Assembly (NCBI RefSeq): GCF_018977255.1 | Contig: NW_024704742.1 | Span: 35,404,001-35,468,000, forward strand | DNA from: Callorhinchus milii | Lineage: Eukaryota | DNA length: 64,000 nt | Direction: 5' to 3' | Part shown: one piece after another, positions 12,249 through 26,921 of the stretch | Layout of the letters: every line of letters begins with the position of its first letter | Numbering within the stretch: the first letter of the stretch is position 1 | The notes under the pieces: generated by a model | Database searches by the model: none | Seen by the model: only the letters and a program-made list of their open reading frames with translations | What the model was told of the DNA's origin: nothing | Translations under genes and position numbers: made by a program

Positions 12249-15200
12249 ATGCAAAAAAGATAGAATAGAATTTACCACGAATGAAATTGATAGACACCTC
12301 TGGGTGTTAGCTGACGAGTTACCAAACAGTTTGGGCAGGATATGAACACGGTAAACAGAATGCGGGGCAATATTGCCAATTCAGTTGAGTTCAGATCCCC
12401 AGATATCAAGCCTGTACAAACCATACAAACAGTATTTGTAAAAATGACAGCAGTAGTTCTATTTTTGATGAAAACTAGATTACATGCCTTATACCGAAAA
12501 ATATGAATTATTTAGTTGCAGCAATACTTTATTTGTTTCACAAAGTTAGTATTGTATTTATAATGTAATATGTTAATCACTATTTCAAAGCTGTCTGTGC
12601 TGTGAGAACACTTGTGTAAGGTTCTGGTGAGACCTGATCCAATGTTTAAAGAGGAACGATTGCCACCAGTGCTGCTTTCATAAAGAACTGATTACAAAGA
12701 ATTAACTTTAACTTCAGGATCGTTTTATTTTTTTCTGCCTTTTCAGATTTATTTTCCTTTTACCTTTTTTGCAAAGCATTGAGTACCGGTGACATAATTA
12801 AGAGAATGCCTTGGAAGAGTTGCTGAGCCCGACATTGTGAGGGCACTGAATTAACATGCACGATTGAACCTGAAGCACCCCAGGTTAATATCTGTATCTC
12901 TTTGGATGTTACATGAATGGGCTCAGTAACCCCTTCAAGCATGTTCCCTTCATAATGTGGTTTGTTAAGGAATGATATTTCTGAAAAAGGTTTCAACCAA
13001 AAGAAAACTAACAGAGTTCAAATGAATCAGAATCCTTCGTAATTTGATTTTTAGAAAGAGGTTTTGGTGGTAACCTTATTCCTGAAATGTGTTTATTAGC
13101 ACTTCTGTCATTGTAAAGGTACGGAGGAAATCAACAAAATATTGTACAGCCCGTGAAGTGAGGATTGCATGATGGGAAGAATTTTTCTACTGTGTTTTAT
13201 TGTTAATCTCCAGTAATTCATTGGCGCACAGCGCACCAACACATCAAATACATTTTTTTCCAAACAAATGGAATTTTAAAGTGTAAAAAGCATGTCACAA
13301 GTTCAGTAATTAGGCACCACACTTAGTGAATTGGAAGGCAATTAGCTGAAGTTTCGAACACATTAGCTAACTCAAAGCTCCAGTGTCACAGTTACTATAG
13401 TATTATTCTTATGTCTTTAAAATAAATTGTCTTTCTTGTTCCACTCATTGGAAAAAATAATGAGATTTGAGGAAAGGAGAGCCAGTTTGAAGATGTGTGA
13501 CTTGTGTAATGCAGAATGCATATACCTCACTCTGGTTTCCTAGGTCAGACTGAAACATGAAGAACATTGATCCACAGTCGGAACATAGATCTGTGTACTG
13601 TAGATATCGGGCTCTACTACAGACTCCAACAGGACTATTAATGGTGAAGTTTCGCCAGAACCTCTCCTGTCTATAAAGATGACAAGATAGAGGTTTGGAT
13701 GAAGAAAGCTTGTCAGACCGTTTCATCTCAACCTTTCAAAATAAGCACCCTGCTGTCGTCCCATTACAGCATCAAGCTTCATCATAACTGTGTCCAGCAT
13801 TCTGGCCTCAACCACCTTTGTTTGTAACCCATTCCAGTCATGAATTACCCTTTGTGACAAATAATAATAATTCTTACATCTGATATAGCAAACCTTTCAA
13901 ATCAAGAGAATGTCTCAAAGCATTTCAAAGAATATACTCTAAAGTGTAATGACTTTGAATTTTTGTAGACAAATGGATACAAGCAAACGGCAAGAAATAC
14001 TTCCTGATGTTTGTCCTGAATGATTTCTCCTGGACTTTGTTCTTGGTAACCAGAATCTCAGATTCATAGATAACCATCACTTGCTGAAGTAGGTAGCGAC
14101 AGTAAGAGATTTGGGACATCCTCCCAATGTGAAAACCACTATATAAATGTAAATTTGTATTGTATTGCAGTATGCATTAGGTTATTGGAAATCTCTGACT
14201 TAACTGTCAGTGTCTCAGTGCAAATAGCAGAACAGTCTCTGCATTCCAGGCAATCACTAGGTTAACATTTATGAGCCATGTGTCGAGAGGCACCATGCAC
14301 TTTGTATTCTACAACCTAAAACACAAACAATGGAATTAAAGACAACTTCAAATCATCAAAATGAAATAGTACAAAGAGCCTTTTCAGCTTAAGTCCTACT
14401 TTATCAGCTTTAGCCGCTAACCATATCTTGGGGGAAAATATTTTTGGCAAATTACACTAACATCTTCAAACCTAATCATCCATTTGTCTATTTAATTCTG
14501 AATTGGCTAATCCGTAATCTGAGTAGGTGCACGCTCATTTAGTAATAGGGCTGTCAGTAAATGAAGACTGTGGTAATGTTGAAGCTATGCAGAAAATAAT
14601 GACAAAATAGATCAGACATAATATTTGGCAGGATTGTGAATGAAGAAGTTTAGGAGCAGTAAACGGGAAGGTATTCAGCACTCCTCAGAAGGGGCTTGTT
14701 AATTGAATTGTTTAGAAAACAAATTACTTGAGAAATAAAATAAACAAATAAACCAAAGATTTATCTACACTAACATTTCCCTTTAAGACAGACTAATAAA
14801 ATCAGTTTTTCTTCAAAGATTTATTTGAGGATTTTTTTTTATCATTTTCGCTCTTGCTAGCTCCAGCTTGTCATGCTGAATCTTTTAACCTTTACCCTTT
14901 TACCTTTTGTTGGCAAAGAGGATTTTCACACGGTTAAAATGAACAAACACTTCCTTCAAGATTCATTTAAAATTTTCTTTGTATTTTTCTAAGACTAAGA
15001 AATCAGTTGTCGATACTAGGCTAAACAATGTGCAGTCCACATATTTAGAACGTTACTACACCACTGATTTTTGGTTTGTCATTATTTCATGATGTTCATT
15101 GAAATGTTTATTGAATAGTAGAAGAGCATGTAATGAACAATGTAATGTTTCTGGACAGATTCAATGTGCTGATCACATCAAGTTGGTTAAGAAACATTAG

Positions 15201-16339
15201 AATTTCAGGTGATAATTATCATTTGACTTTGGCACAATGGTTTAGCCCAAAGTTGTAGGAAGCTTCCAATTGCCATTGTTGCTTTGGATCGTGGAGAATG
15301 TTTGAGATCCGCTTCACAAAATAACAGCCTAACTTAAAATGAGTTTGACCACTATTTCGGTCATCGTTTCCCTCCCCACCACCAGCTTGAATGTCAAGTC
15401 AATATCCTTATGTGCCTTAATCACTGGTAGAGGTTACTGGAAGCATCTGAAGTTACATTTTTTTTAAATAAAGATAGTTTTAGAACCATAAGGATTTTCC
15501 CTCTGCAACTTTTATCTCTTTAGTTCCAAAAGCACAAATTTATCTTGGATTATGGTTTCACTGGTACCGGATGTCTTCCAATAACCTGTCCAAGGAGCTG
15601 TTCTTCAAGTGTGAGACAATCCAGGCTGTGACAATCCAGCCAGGTCCAATAAAATGCTTTCATTCATCATCCACGTAGCCTGACTGATTTTCCTTAGGAT
15701 ACAGTGGTGCATGGAAGGTGTCCATCCAGGCAGATGAGGGCCAGCTATAGTTATTCAAACTTTGCAAGTGGAGTTTCCAAAGATTATAAAAGATAAATAA
15801 CCTTTTCACAAGGTGCCGACAATCCTGACACTTTAGCGGATGGACAAGAACTTACGCAGTCAGTGCCATAGAATTATTAACCCTTCCTCTTCTATTTTTC
15901 TATCATCTTCTTTCCACTTCTTTATGTGATTGTGGATTGAGCTATTTTGTTTTTTTGTGATTTATAGTAATGGGTAGAATAATATAGGAGGAAGAACTTG
16001 TAGGACAATGCATTTGGAGGATTGGAAATAACATGAGAATACATTTAGTAAGAGTATTGACCATGGTGGTACCTGCATCAATGCAATAGAGACAGGAAAG
16101 GTTTTGAAGGAGAGACACATGGGGTGGAAGACCAGAATTAACTGAATGATCATTCTTGACAAGCCTTCAGCTGTCAACGAGAGATGTGAAAAGAGACTCC
16201 CCCTGGGCTGTTCTCAAGCCAAAGACAAAATGGGGATTTGTAGAAAATCATTGAGAAATCTTTGGCACAAGTGAAGAAACTGAGATAGAAATGTGACAAT
16301 TCTATTTGAGATCAGAGGTTATAATGAGAATATTGATAG

Positions 16340-16545
16340 TAACAACAACAAAATGACATTAATATTGGGCCTTTCACATCTGAAGGATGCTGGATAGTTA
16401 AACGTTTGCACCCGAGCTAGGTATTGGAATCAAGAGGGTGGAGGGTAGGGTAGGTGGGAGGGTGGCTGAAAGCATGATTAAAGAGGAAAGCCTGGAGATA
16501 GACCTTGAAGGAGACAAAGGAGGAAGTGAGGTGGAGGGATTCCTT
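16340..16545 (-). mobile_element. L2 LINE 3' fragment
   Basis: (AAC)n tail, then gcctttcacatctgaaggatg and a purine-rich segment as in other L2 copies. Confidence 0.65.
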
Positions 16546-18890
16546 AATAAATATATATAAATATACATAGATGAAGAATTAAAATTTGATTTTAATTTCT
16601 TTGAGGAAGTAAAAGATTCAAGATTGAATATTGTACCATCAAAGGACTTAACTGAGATGAAGGTTTTATGATTTAACTATGACACTGCGAGAGGAACATA
16701 GGTTATATAATTCCACAAGACCTGAGTAAGAGCTGAAGAAAGTTGCTAAATATATGATGCAATCATCAGTAGAGCAGCTAGAATGGGATTAAGACTGGAG
16801 ATACCATTTGTGTGCAGAAGGAATAAAGTGGGAGAAGTACAGAGCAATGTGCAACTCCTGATTTTTGGGGGTGAAAGTCAGAGGATGAAACCCAGATGAA
16901 GTAACTTGAGAAGAAAGTAGATAACCGTGAATATGCCTTTGTTGAGAAACCGTAAGAGAAGTAACATCTGTGCCAATGCACAGTGTCATATCTTGTCTTT
17001 GGAGACACCCAGGGCACCGATAGATGAGTCATCAAAGTGTTCAAGAACAGAATTCCAAAACTGCACAACATAGATAAGATGTGTCACCAGTGAAGTGCCA
17101 ATGTCACAAAACAGAGTAGTGATCAAGCCAGACTGTTACAGGTGATCTGTAGATTAATAGGACAATGGTGCACACCTATAACTTCTAACCTGTGCTAATA
17201 TTTCTATCTCAGCTTTTCAACATAGGATTCATCCAAGGGAAGATAGGTCCTTGTTCAGACTGAGTAGCCCATATTTAGAAGCATTGCCTTCACTTACAGG
17301 ATTTATTGACCATGAAATAGGTTGTCTTTCTGTCCAATCGAGTGGTGCATGTAGTACGTGTGTGTGCGCATATTGGATTGGGAGAGGGGAGGAGAAGCAA
17401 ATAGAAGGTAGAACGTACCTTAAAATAAGGTGGGGTGGGGGTTGGTGGTTGTATCTGGGTAAAATGTAGAATTTGCAAATAACCCAATTTTTCCTTTAGA
17501 ACTTTGCACTTCCATTTGAGGCTTTTATCAACAGGAAAGAAGAAGAAAATAGGAAGAACAGTTAACCTGGATTGGGCAGACAGAACTCTTAGTGGCCTTC
17601 TTAAGAGTGCATTGTAGGACACCTTGAAGATGTCTCTACTGAAGGTCTCTACTGAAGACCCATCATATCAATGTTGGAAAGGTTTATGTGGTATGTGGGT
17701 GGAGTGGGGGTGAAAAAGAGGGTAAAATACTGGGTTTACATAGCAAAACACTTGTTTTTCTTTTTGGGAATGATTCAAATGCAATAATTCAGAATCAATT
17801 TGGTAAGGCCACAAAACACTGCAGTACAGAACAAGTTAAATTTGTTGGTACTGTGCTCCTTGTGGTACGTTTCTTTAATTAAGTTCTCATGTCATAAGCT
17901 TAGAGTACTTAGCAGGTACAATAAAAGGTTTTGACTGGTGCTGTACTACATATATATGTTTGGGGAATCATCTGTGCCACAAGAGTCTCGGCTGTCGATT
18001 CAGCTTCTTTAACCATAATATGATTTGCTGTAATACATTTGCGTTCAGAAGCTCTGCCCTGGCTACGACAGAAGAAATCTCATATGATATACAGTTGGGC
18101 ATGTGATTGGGTGTTTCTTAATATTGCCAAATTGGAGTGGTACTGGTATCTAAAGAAACTTTGAGATCAAAAAGACAAGATCAGTAGTAATAATTGGTCC
18201 ACCCTTTGACATGCGAACTTCCAACTTGTAGGTCAAACATGTCTGTCAGGTCACATAGACGTTAATTCTTTGTTGGACTGTCATTTTGGTACAATAATGT
18301 AGAGATTTGTTTAGAGCACATGAGTAAGATGGACTTCAACAGCTCTGTATGATTAAAACTTGTTTGAGTTTATCATCTTCCTTATTATTTTGTTGTTGTG
18401 TAATTGCTTAGGTTGCTTATGTATTCATTGTAAAAGCCGTGTCAGTTTTAAAAAAAAGATTAAGTTGTGGTAGACAATTTGCCCAGTGGCTCAGGGAAGG
18501 GACTTGAACTTCCTACAAGAGATCCATGAAATTGATTCTATATTGATGGGGATTCAATTTTGCCCGCTTCATTGAAACTGTTTTATTAGTTCACAGATAA
18601 GCCACTAGATGGAACATTGGGGTAAAACTTCTAATGTTTCTTAAAGGAATCGATCTGTTAATTATCACATAGAATCTGTTAAGAGGCATTGCAGGTTTTC
18701 ATCCCATTATGTTTTAGGAAAGAATCAGATCTTGAGGCTGGGAAAAAAATGATAGCCCCAGTCCTTCCAACAGCAGTGTAAGCGAACAATATGTTCACAG
18801 GCAACTTCTTTGGTCCAGACCTACCTCTTTGTTCTGGTTGAAAAAGTGACAGAAGTAGGGAAGAACTTAGAAAATGCTTTGTCGAGATGT

Positions 18891-19148
18891 TAATAATAAT
18901 AATAATCCTTGCATTTGATATAGCGCCTTATCATGTCTTTGAGACGTCTCAAAACACTTCACAAAATATGCTGTAAAGTGAATTGACTGTATATTTTGTG
19001 GGAGAAACACGGCAGCCAATTGTGCACAGCAGTGTCCTACAAACAGTCGTGGATTGAGTGTTTGCCAAACGTTTTGCCCTGCCAGGAATCAAACCCAGGT
19101 CCTCTTGCTTCCGAAATGAGTGCTCTAACCACTAAACTACAGGACTCC
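18891..19148 (-). mobile_element. tRNA-Ala-derived SINE, internally deleted
   Basis: (TAA)n tail, body, head ending ..ctacaggactcc. Confidence 0.9.
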
Positions 19149-20759
19149 ATGTTGTGAAAAAGTTCACCCAAAATACAATATTCTAAAAATATGAAATATA
19201 TTATTCATATTATGCAAATATTGCAATTATGATAAATGAGGGATTAAATTGTTTCAAGAGCACAGAATTTATTAGATTACACATGTTCCCTGGTTTTACA
19301 GAGCTGTGATTATTATCATTCAGGCACCCAAGTTTTTATCTATAGTTAATTTATTATACATTCATATTCATATGAATTCATCTCTTTGAGTTTTTAATTT
19401 TGTTATTCCCTTGTTTTAAATCATCATTCCCCTGTAGTCAGATGAGAAAACTCTTTAATCTGCGTCCTTCACTATGTGACTGAACTTCCTTCCCTTTATA
19501 ACTGAACTAGTCAGCAGAGGGTGCATATGAGCAAACTAGGCTTCTGTGGTCTGCAACTACTAAATATTTATATTTTATTTTCAATTTAAAATAGATTTTT
19601 ATTCTCTTTTAGGGTGAGACACTTCATCTGCTCTCAATGCTCCCACCGACATCACTCAGACTTCCCCAGCTTAGAACAGGAATTAAGCACTGGAGGTCAA
19701 ATTTAGTACATTCAATATGTATTGTCTCAAATGTACCCGGATGTGTTACTAAAAAAAAGTCCAACATCTCGCTAACCACTAGCAATCCGATCCTGTGGAG
19801 CTGGCTTTTTTCACAACAGTGTCAGGAGAAACAGTGTCCACTCTGGTACATCTGGACACATTCTACACACTGAATATCATATGTACCACAAAATTAACTT
19901 GTGAATTCAGGACTGTACAACCAGAATGCTTTTCCCGACTTTGTATATCTTTGTTTTGTCTTTTGTACTAATAACCTTTTTTTTCTGTTGACACAATTAA
20001 AGGTGCAAGATACATTAAAAGAAAAATCATTTTCCTGAATTATATGTGTGCTCAATGTTGTGTGCTACCATGCTCTCGACTGTACTTATCTGCCATAATG
20101 TTTGAAGAATGTGCATTCTAACGGTGGTGTTGCAAGCAATGGAGAAGGCTCAGTGACTGTATGTGATTATCCTTATTGGAATTACATCAAGTGCCAGTGA
20201 TGTTTGGCAGTGTACTTGCTGTGAGTGCATAGTATCAAAGCCAGCTCTTAGTTTCACAGAATTGTGAAATAGTGCATAATAGCCCTGACATAATTTCCCT
20301 CTTTCCAAGTCAACTGAGGGAATTAAAACCAGCCTTCCCTGCATCGTGGAGTTTTGGACCCCAACACACGATTGAGACACAACTCTGCACAAGTGAGATG
20401 TTTGCTACAGATTCTACTGGTGCTGTCAAATCCAAATCTAATTTGCAATTTCAATTTTCTGAATTGAGCCAACATCTCTTGTGGTCCTACTCCATGTCAA
20501 TAATAAGATTGCACCCTAGCATTTCTCTTCAGGTTATGTAGTTGTTGCGAGCTTCCTGTGCTGACATCCCTGACCACACAAGTACTGATCTTGCTCACAT
20601 GCAGACTGCACATAGTAGTGGGGAGATGTGGTATTGTGAAATGTTTGTCCAGATGATGAGGAGGGAATAGGCCTGTTTGTACTCTTACAGGGGAGAAAGG
20701 GCATTTAATCCTGACAAAAGAAGGAGAAATACAAGGGAAGCCTGTTAAGCTGGACACAT

Positions 20760-21230
20760 CGGGGACGGCCATTTTGTCCGGCTTAAGAGGCATTCGAGGT
20801 TAACGAAAGTTCTCTTACCTTTTTCCGCCCAGCAGATGAGCAACAGCAGCACTTCCTCCCTCCCATTGCCATTCCTGTTGAATGGGAAGGGGACCAATTA
20901 GCGTCTGCTCCGAAGTGATTGACAGCCTGAAGCCCCTTGTGAATGTTTGGGCCAATCACAAATGGCTCCAGTTGTCAATCAATCACAATTTGACTCCTTC
21001 CATTACCTCCCTTGTTTCTTGCCCATTCCTCCACCCCTTCGCTGATTGACAGCCCAACTCCAGACACTTGTGAATGGCTGGAATCCACTGGAGCAGCTTG
21101 TGGTTGAATGGAGCTGCTCAAGACACAGAAAGCCCGAGTGAGTATATTCAGCCGCGAGCAGAATTTTGACCCGAATAACCGGATTTTTGTCTGAATCAAC
21201 CGGTATATTTAAAATAGGTAAGAATCCAAA
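20760..21230. promoter_or_regulatory. Putative bidirectional Pol II promoter with divergent first-exon splice donors
   Basis: Locally GC/CpG-enriched. TGATTGACAG at 20916 and 21043, near-copy inverted at 20972; CCAAT boxes near 20894 and 20952; ETS-like ACTTCC at 20851; YY1-like GCCATTTT at 20768; AG|GTAAG on - (20820-20814) and on + (21216-21222). Confidence 0.6.
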
Positions 21231-23314
21231 TGAATTGAGGCCGGGCGTTTTGTTCTATTTACCCGGGGTTTAGAGTTAGCCAGTGTCCACCTGAAGCGGA
21301 TTCTAATGTATTTGCTAATTATAATTGTGTAAGGTTAATTCCTGGAAACATCCTGCTACAGCAAGAAAAGTGAAAACTAAACAGTGGCTTCTCTTTGCAA
21401 AAAGTGCGTCTCCACAGAAAGAAAAACGTGGCTAGTTATTCTCTCATTAAATGGACATCACACAAAACAGTCTGGTGAAAACTGAATAACTTGTCATTCA
21501 TCTACTGGCACTGATGAGAGTTCTGATCACTGTGAGAATTCAAATGCTTGTCTAGAAGGGGCTGATATCAAATAGAGTCCACACCAAGCATTTGTACTAG
21601 AAAGAAGTGATTCCTGGAAATTATATAGCAGTTTCAATCAACTTCATATTATACTTGACGGGATATATTGAATTTGTTTCCATAATATGTTGTTTATTTA
21701 TTACTTGATTTATTACACTTACAGGGTAGTTACAATATGTAAGAAAGTTTGGATTTGTTAGCAATTAAGACACCTTAAAATTACCTTGGGTGTAAAATGA
21801 ATTACCCACATTGATCTCAAAGTGCGTTATCAACATTGAACGCATCTCTTCAAAACAATTTAGGCTGAGTGTTATATTTCAATTTATCAAAATGTCATCC
21901 TGCATTTTCCTTTGATGCTGGATTTTCCTTGGAGCTTTTAAAACACAGGTTTCCCTTCGGATATCTGCAAAAAAAAGATTTTCTGTAATGCTAACACGGT
22001 GGAATTAGAGTAAGAGAAATGGAAAGGATTATTGGATATTGCTGGTTCTTTATAATGAAAGTGATTTCTCCCTCCATACTACTTAAATAGCCACAGTAGT
22101 TCAAATCTGCGACTATATATATTTGACATTGCGGCTTTCTGAAGGTCTAACACTGCAATGGTCACTCCTAAAGTTGTTTGTTCAGGTTGTTAACAACGTA
22201 TAAAATGTGAACGAACATCTACAGGGCTTAAAACCTAGTTAACATTTCAAATGTTGCTGAATATTAATAAAATGCACTCATGCGTGGAACGATAACAGGG
22301 CAATTTATTTATTCCATTATAAGAACATGCTGGTGGAGGCCAATTCATTTACGAAGAGCAAGGAATAATATGCATTGGCTGGCAAATTGGTAAATTTGCC
22401 AAAATGGAAAAATAGCCCTTTTAGCTTCTAAATAAATATTGAAAGATTTGTTGGCACAATGTGTTTGCATGCTGACCTTTTATAATAATAATTCTTGCAT
22501 TTGGTATAACAACTTTAACATCAGGAGAATGTCTCAAAGCACTTCACAGGATTTACTTTAAAGTGTGGTGAATGTGTATTTGTGGACAAACAGGACCATA
22601 GAAATTTACGGCACAGAAAAAGGCCATTCGTTCCATCGTGTATGAGCATAGAAATTTTTTAATTTGAAATTTGTGAACGCCTGCAATAGAAATTTATGTT
22701 AGGAAGGTGTGTGTGTGTTAAATTCCTCTCACCAATAATTAATGGTTACCAACAACATACACAGTTACTCCACTTTAAAGTATATCCTATGAAGTGCTTT
22801 GAAACATCTTCCCAACGTAAAATGCGCAAATGTCCGAATTGTTATATGTATAACAGTCGGAGTCTGATGCCATTGATGTTTGAGCAACCTGTTAGATATT
22901 AAAATGAAAAATTGGTTCCAGAAATAAACTCTAGTCTTTTCTACTGTGACACTAACTATATTTGTTTTAGTGTTGAAGAAAGAGAGAGTCCTAATATAAC
23001 CTTGAAAGGGAAACTGCACTATTTTACTTTCTTCAGACTGTAAAATAATAGAACATTTGGAAAGCCAAGATTTTTAAAAAGAAAATAGGAACCTATCCCT
23101 GAAAATACTAACCTAATTTTTTTTTGCTGAGCAAATTTCTGCTCTATCAGTGATTAATTATCATTCGCAAAAAGCATCAATGTATTTAAGAGGAAATTTG
23201 AATCATACATAAAGGAGAAGGGAAAAAATGGGTATTGGTGATGGGAGTAGGAGGGATGGCGGCACACCTACCCACCTGTCCCTTTACTGATATATTTTTA
23301 AAAATCTGTGTACT

Positions 23315-23586
23315 TTATACAGTGCCTTTCACATCAGGAGGATATCTCAAAGTGCTTCACCAGATGTAGTGTAAACCGACTCTGTATTTTGTAGGCAACT
23401 GTGACAGTCAATTTGTGCCCCACAATGTCCCACAAACAGCTATGGGGTGGGGTGGAGGGTCGTTGATCAGGACACTGATCAGAACTCCATTCTCTTTCTG
23501 AATAGTGCCTTGGGAAATTTAACATCCACCTGAACAGGCAGAGAGGATGTCCGTTTAACGGCTCATCCATAGGACAGCACCTCAGA
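23315..23586 (-). mobile_element. Deu-domain SINE remnant
   Basis: aatagtgccttggga..aacatccacctgaacaggcaga..gtttaacggctcatcc..acagcacctc. Confidence 0.65.
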
Positions 23587-26304
23587 TGTCACTAAGCCCC
23601 AGGTGCTTGTGTGTCACACGCAGAAGGCTAATGATTGCTGTTGTGAGCATTTCAATGGATGCTGGGGCTCCACTGACATCTGGAAGCCAGTTGCGGCAAG
23701 TGGCAGAAGCTGGAAGCATACCCTGCCTCTGCGGACGGTCTACGGTGTTTCTGTGTAGTACCCAAACTTACAATATATGAAAAGGCACTATACCAGGGTC
23801 AGCCTGCATCAATTCTTCAATGACCTAGTGTCGTAGGGCGTGTGGATCAGATCATTGTCAGAGTGGTGCTCAGCTTCGTGTACATCAGCTTCCCGGTGGT
23901 TTCAATAAAAGCTTTCACGTTGGACTCCACCAAGCTCTGAATTGTGGGCTACCAGTTTAATTTTTTTAATGCGCTGTGAAATTGGCAGCATCATACTGCA
24001 TGATTGACATCAGTGTAGCACGCAAGCTGCCGGCAACAACACCAACCATGTCATGCAAGTGCAGTATTAAACTGGAGCTTTCAGCAAACAGAATCTTCCA
24101 CTAAACCAGCTGATTTTCTTTCTTAGCAGGTTAATACATTTTTGTAGTGTTCTCTTGAATTCAGTGCACAAATAACATTGTAGAAATTCAGCTTTAATAC
24201 TTTAAATATATTTTAACTATATGTAAGAGACTGTTCAAAAAAATTACAAGTTTGAATTAAAACACCAAATTACTAATTTGTGGAAGTAAAATCTCTCTTT
24301 GGATTTGAGATTCATAATTTGCTTTTATCAAAGTACTGAAGAAGAATTGGATCTGGGCTTTTCATTGTCTCAGTGAACTGTATATGATATCAGTTAACCT
24401 TCAATAGACTTCAGCACTATTGAAGGCCACTGAGAGATGATGACTTAATTGGGAAATTCACTGGCTGGGAATATCTAATCGGTTTACTGAAATACTGAAG
24501 ATAATGAATTACAGATACAACTACCAATTTCTATACTATACATTACTATTCAATAATGCTGAAGGCATAAGCTTCCGACTGTTTTAATAGCTCGGGTAAA
24601 CCTACAGGACAAACAATTCTGATATAAGCGTGTCTAGAGATTCTGTGTCTGCCTCTCTTAATCATTTTCCTCTTGCGAATATGAATTGAAATAATGAGTC
24701 AATTAACTTACTAAAATGCCAATGATATGCAAAACAGCCTGCGAGTCAGGAGTTCCAATGTCTGGATTTTAACAAGTGCCCCACACTGTGCATGACTGAT
24801 TATTTTTCAGTGCTGTAAACATGCCTCATCTTGTCCCCTTTTATCTTAGCGCAAAGCTAAAGGTTTAATTGCACAGGGCAATTTAATAATGAATTCTGTG
24901 TAACCTACAAAGTCTTGAAAGATAATTTTCTGTCAGAGAGCTCCTAACCTTTGGCTGTGAACGGGCTCCTTGGTAGCAAAGTCAGCCTGTAGGTCAGTAA
25001 CCAAATATTTTTGCAGTCAAGTGCAGATTAAGTAAATTTTAGTTGCTATAGGCTGTGGGTTTTCAGGCTTTAAATGGAATTGTGTAGAATTACTGCCCCA
25101 TTTATGATAAAGAGGTGAAATTTCGTTAGCTGTGACAGACGGTATCCAGAAATTATATAAATACTATGCATTGCATGTCTTGTACACACATAATGACAGA
25201 ATTCAGTTCTAATTGAATTTCAGATGATAAAGCACAGAGTTCAGTGGCTGAGTAATATAAATCGGTTTGGCAAGCAAAAAGTGAGTTCTTCGTTTCTTAT
25301 TATTGCAATTGCTTCTTTCAGTGGGATTCCACAAATTGCTAAATTTTATTTTGCACTGCACCTAGAATGTTTGAAGATTTAATTTAAAAATTCACTGAAT
25401 AAAATAAATAATTTGACTGATAAATTAATAAATATATGATAATTTCTGATACATTTTAACAAATGTTAACCGTTAACGAATAAAACTCATCCACTTTTGC
25501 TTATCTGCATTATTCAAATGTAACTTTGCATTTTTTTGGTGTTATGTGCTTTTTTAAAAAAAAATGTTGGTGACCTGGATGTGAAAAGAGGCACAGAGAG
25601 AATGTTTCTTTACTGTTTTTTAATAGCAAGGAAACAGGCAATTCAGCCCAACTAGTCCATGCTGGTGTTTATACTCCATATGAATCTCCACCCACTCTTA
25701 CTCCCTCTTCTACCATTCTATTCCCTTCTCCCTCATGTGTTTATCTAGCTTCATTTTTAATTCATTTGATTCAACCACCACTTGGGCAGTGAGTTTCATA
25801 TTCTCACTACCCTCTTACTACCCACTTGAAGAACGATCGTCTTTTGAACTTTTGTGTGATGAATATATTGCCTCAGAGAATACTGAGAAAATCCACACTT
25901 GAGTTACTTTCAAACTAACCATTCTTGAAGACCAAATAACTACCAGCATTTAAACCTTTCCATTTTGAATTTCCTTTACATGCATAGGACATATTTTCTT
26001 TCTCACATCACGCAAGGCAAATGTAGTCCCCCCGTTTACATTTTATATACATGTGAGTCAGCTTGTTCTATGACTTGGATTATGAAATGATTGACTTCTC
26101 CCAAAACTTGACTATAAAGCGCAAGGGTGCCCTGTTGGTCAACTGGGTAACAGCATCACCTGCCATAGCACTGAGACAAACAGAACACTCTATAGATTCA
26201 TACTGTGCTCTGAGCTGAGTTATCTGATTTCTACTGGGGTTGACACCGTCATTTCACTTCCAAACCAATCCACATTATTATGCTTGAACAACAGCTTGCC
26301 AGGA

Positions 26305-26585
26305 ACAACGACAATAAATTGCATTTATATATCACCTTTCACGTCAAGTCTCGGGGCAGTTAAGCATTTGCACCTGAGCTGTGTTTGGAATCAAGAGAGG
26401 TGGGCAAGGAGGGTAGGGGTGGGAAGATGACCAAAGGCCTGGTCAAAGAGGAAAGTCTTGAGACTAGCCTTGAATTCAGCAAGAGAGGGGGTGAGGTGAA
26501 TGGACTCTGGGATGGAATTCCAGAGAGTGGGGGGAGAAAGGCTGAAGGTCTGACCACTAATGCTGGGGCAGGCAGGGCGGGAGAC
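26305..26585 (-). mobile_element. L2 LINE 3' fragment
   Basis: Similar to the L2 3' ends at 6958 and 27930. Confidence 0.75.
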
Positions 26586-26689
26586 AACGATACACTCTTA
26601 GAGATATTGAACTTGGAACTGATATTTAAGGTATGTTCCTTTCATGTTACACACCATTTTACAATCATTATGTTTATAATTATCTAATA

Positions 26690-26921
26690 CAGTACAACCC
26701 CATTTAATGTGCGTCATTATAGTGTGAATTCAGATATAAATGTGGACCCCCATTCGTCAGTGCAGCAGGCTGGCATTTTGTGCAAAAAATGATTAAATTC
26801 CAGGTCATTGGTTGGACGACCTAGAAGACGGTCATTTTTTTCTTTTAGAGTGGGAATTTTCTGGATCCGTGCATGCACAGGTAACTGACGTTTAAGGGCG
26901 AGTTATTACAAGGCTCTAATG
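26690..26921. mobile_element. Tc1/mariner (pogo/Tigger-like) MITE remnant
   Basis: TA|CAGTACAACCCCATTTAAT ... GTTATTACAAGGCTCTAATG|TA: imperfect terminal inverted repeats flanked by TA. Confidence 0.55.

Noticed and set aside
21545..21566. ACLEGA-like match to GFPT
   Set aside because: The real LEGAL exon remnant is at 44928-45048; this short match is out of order.
24410..25900. Faint GFPT-like snippets (DDD near 24437, IGCG near 25048, VTFQTN near 25902)
   Set aside because: Too short, no coherent exon boundaries, order inconsistent; needs profile alignment.
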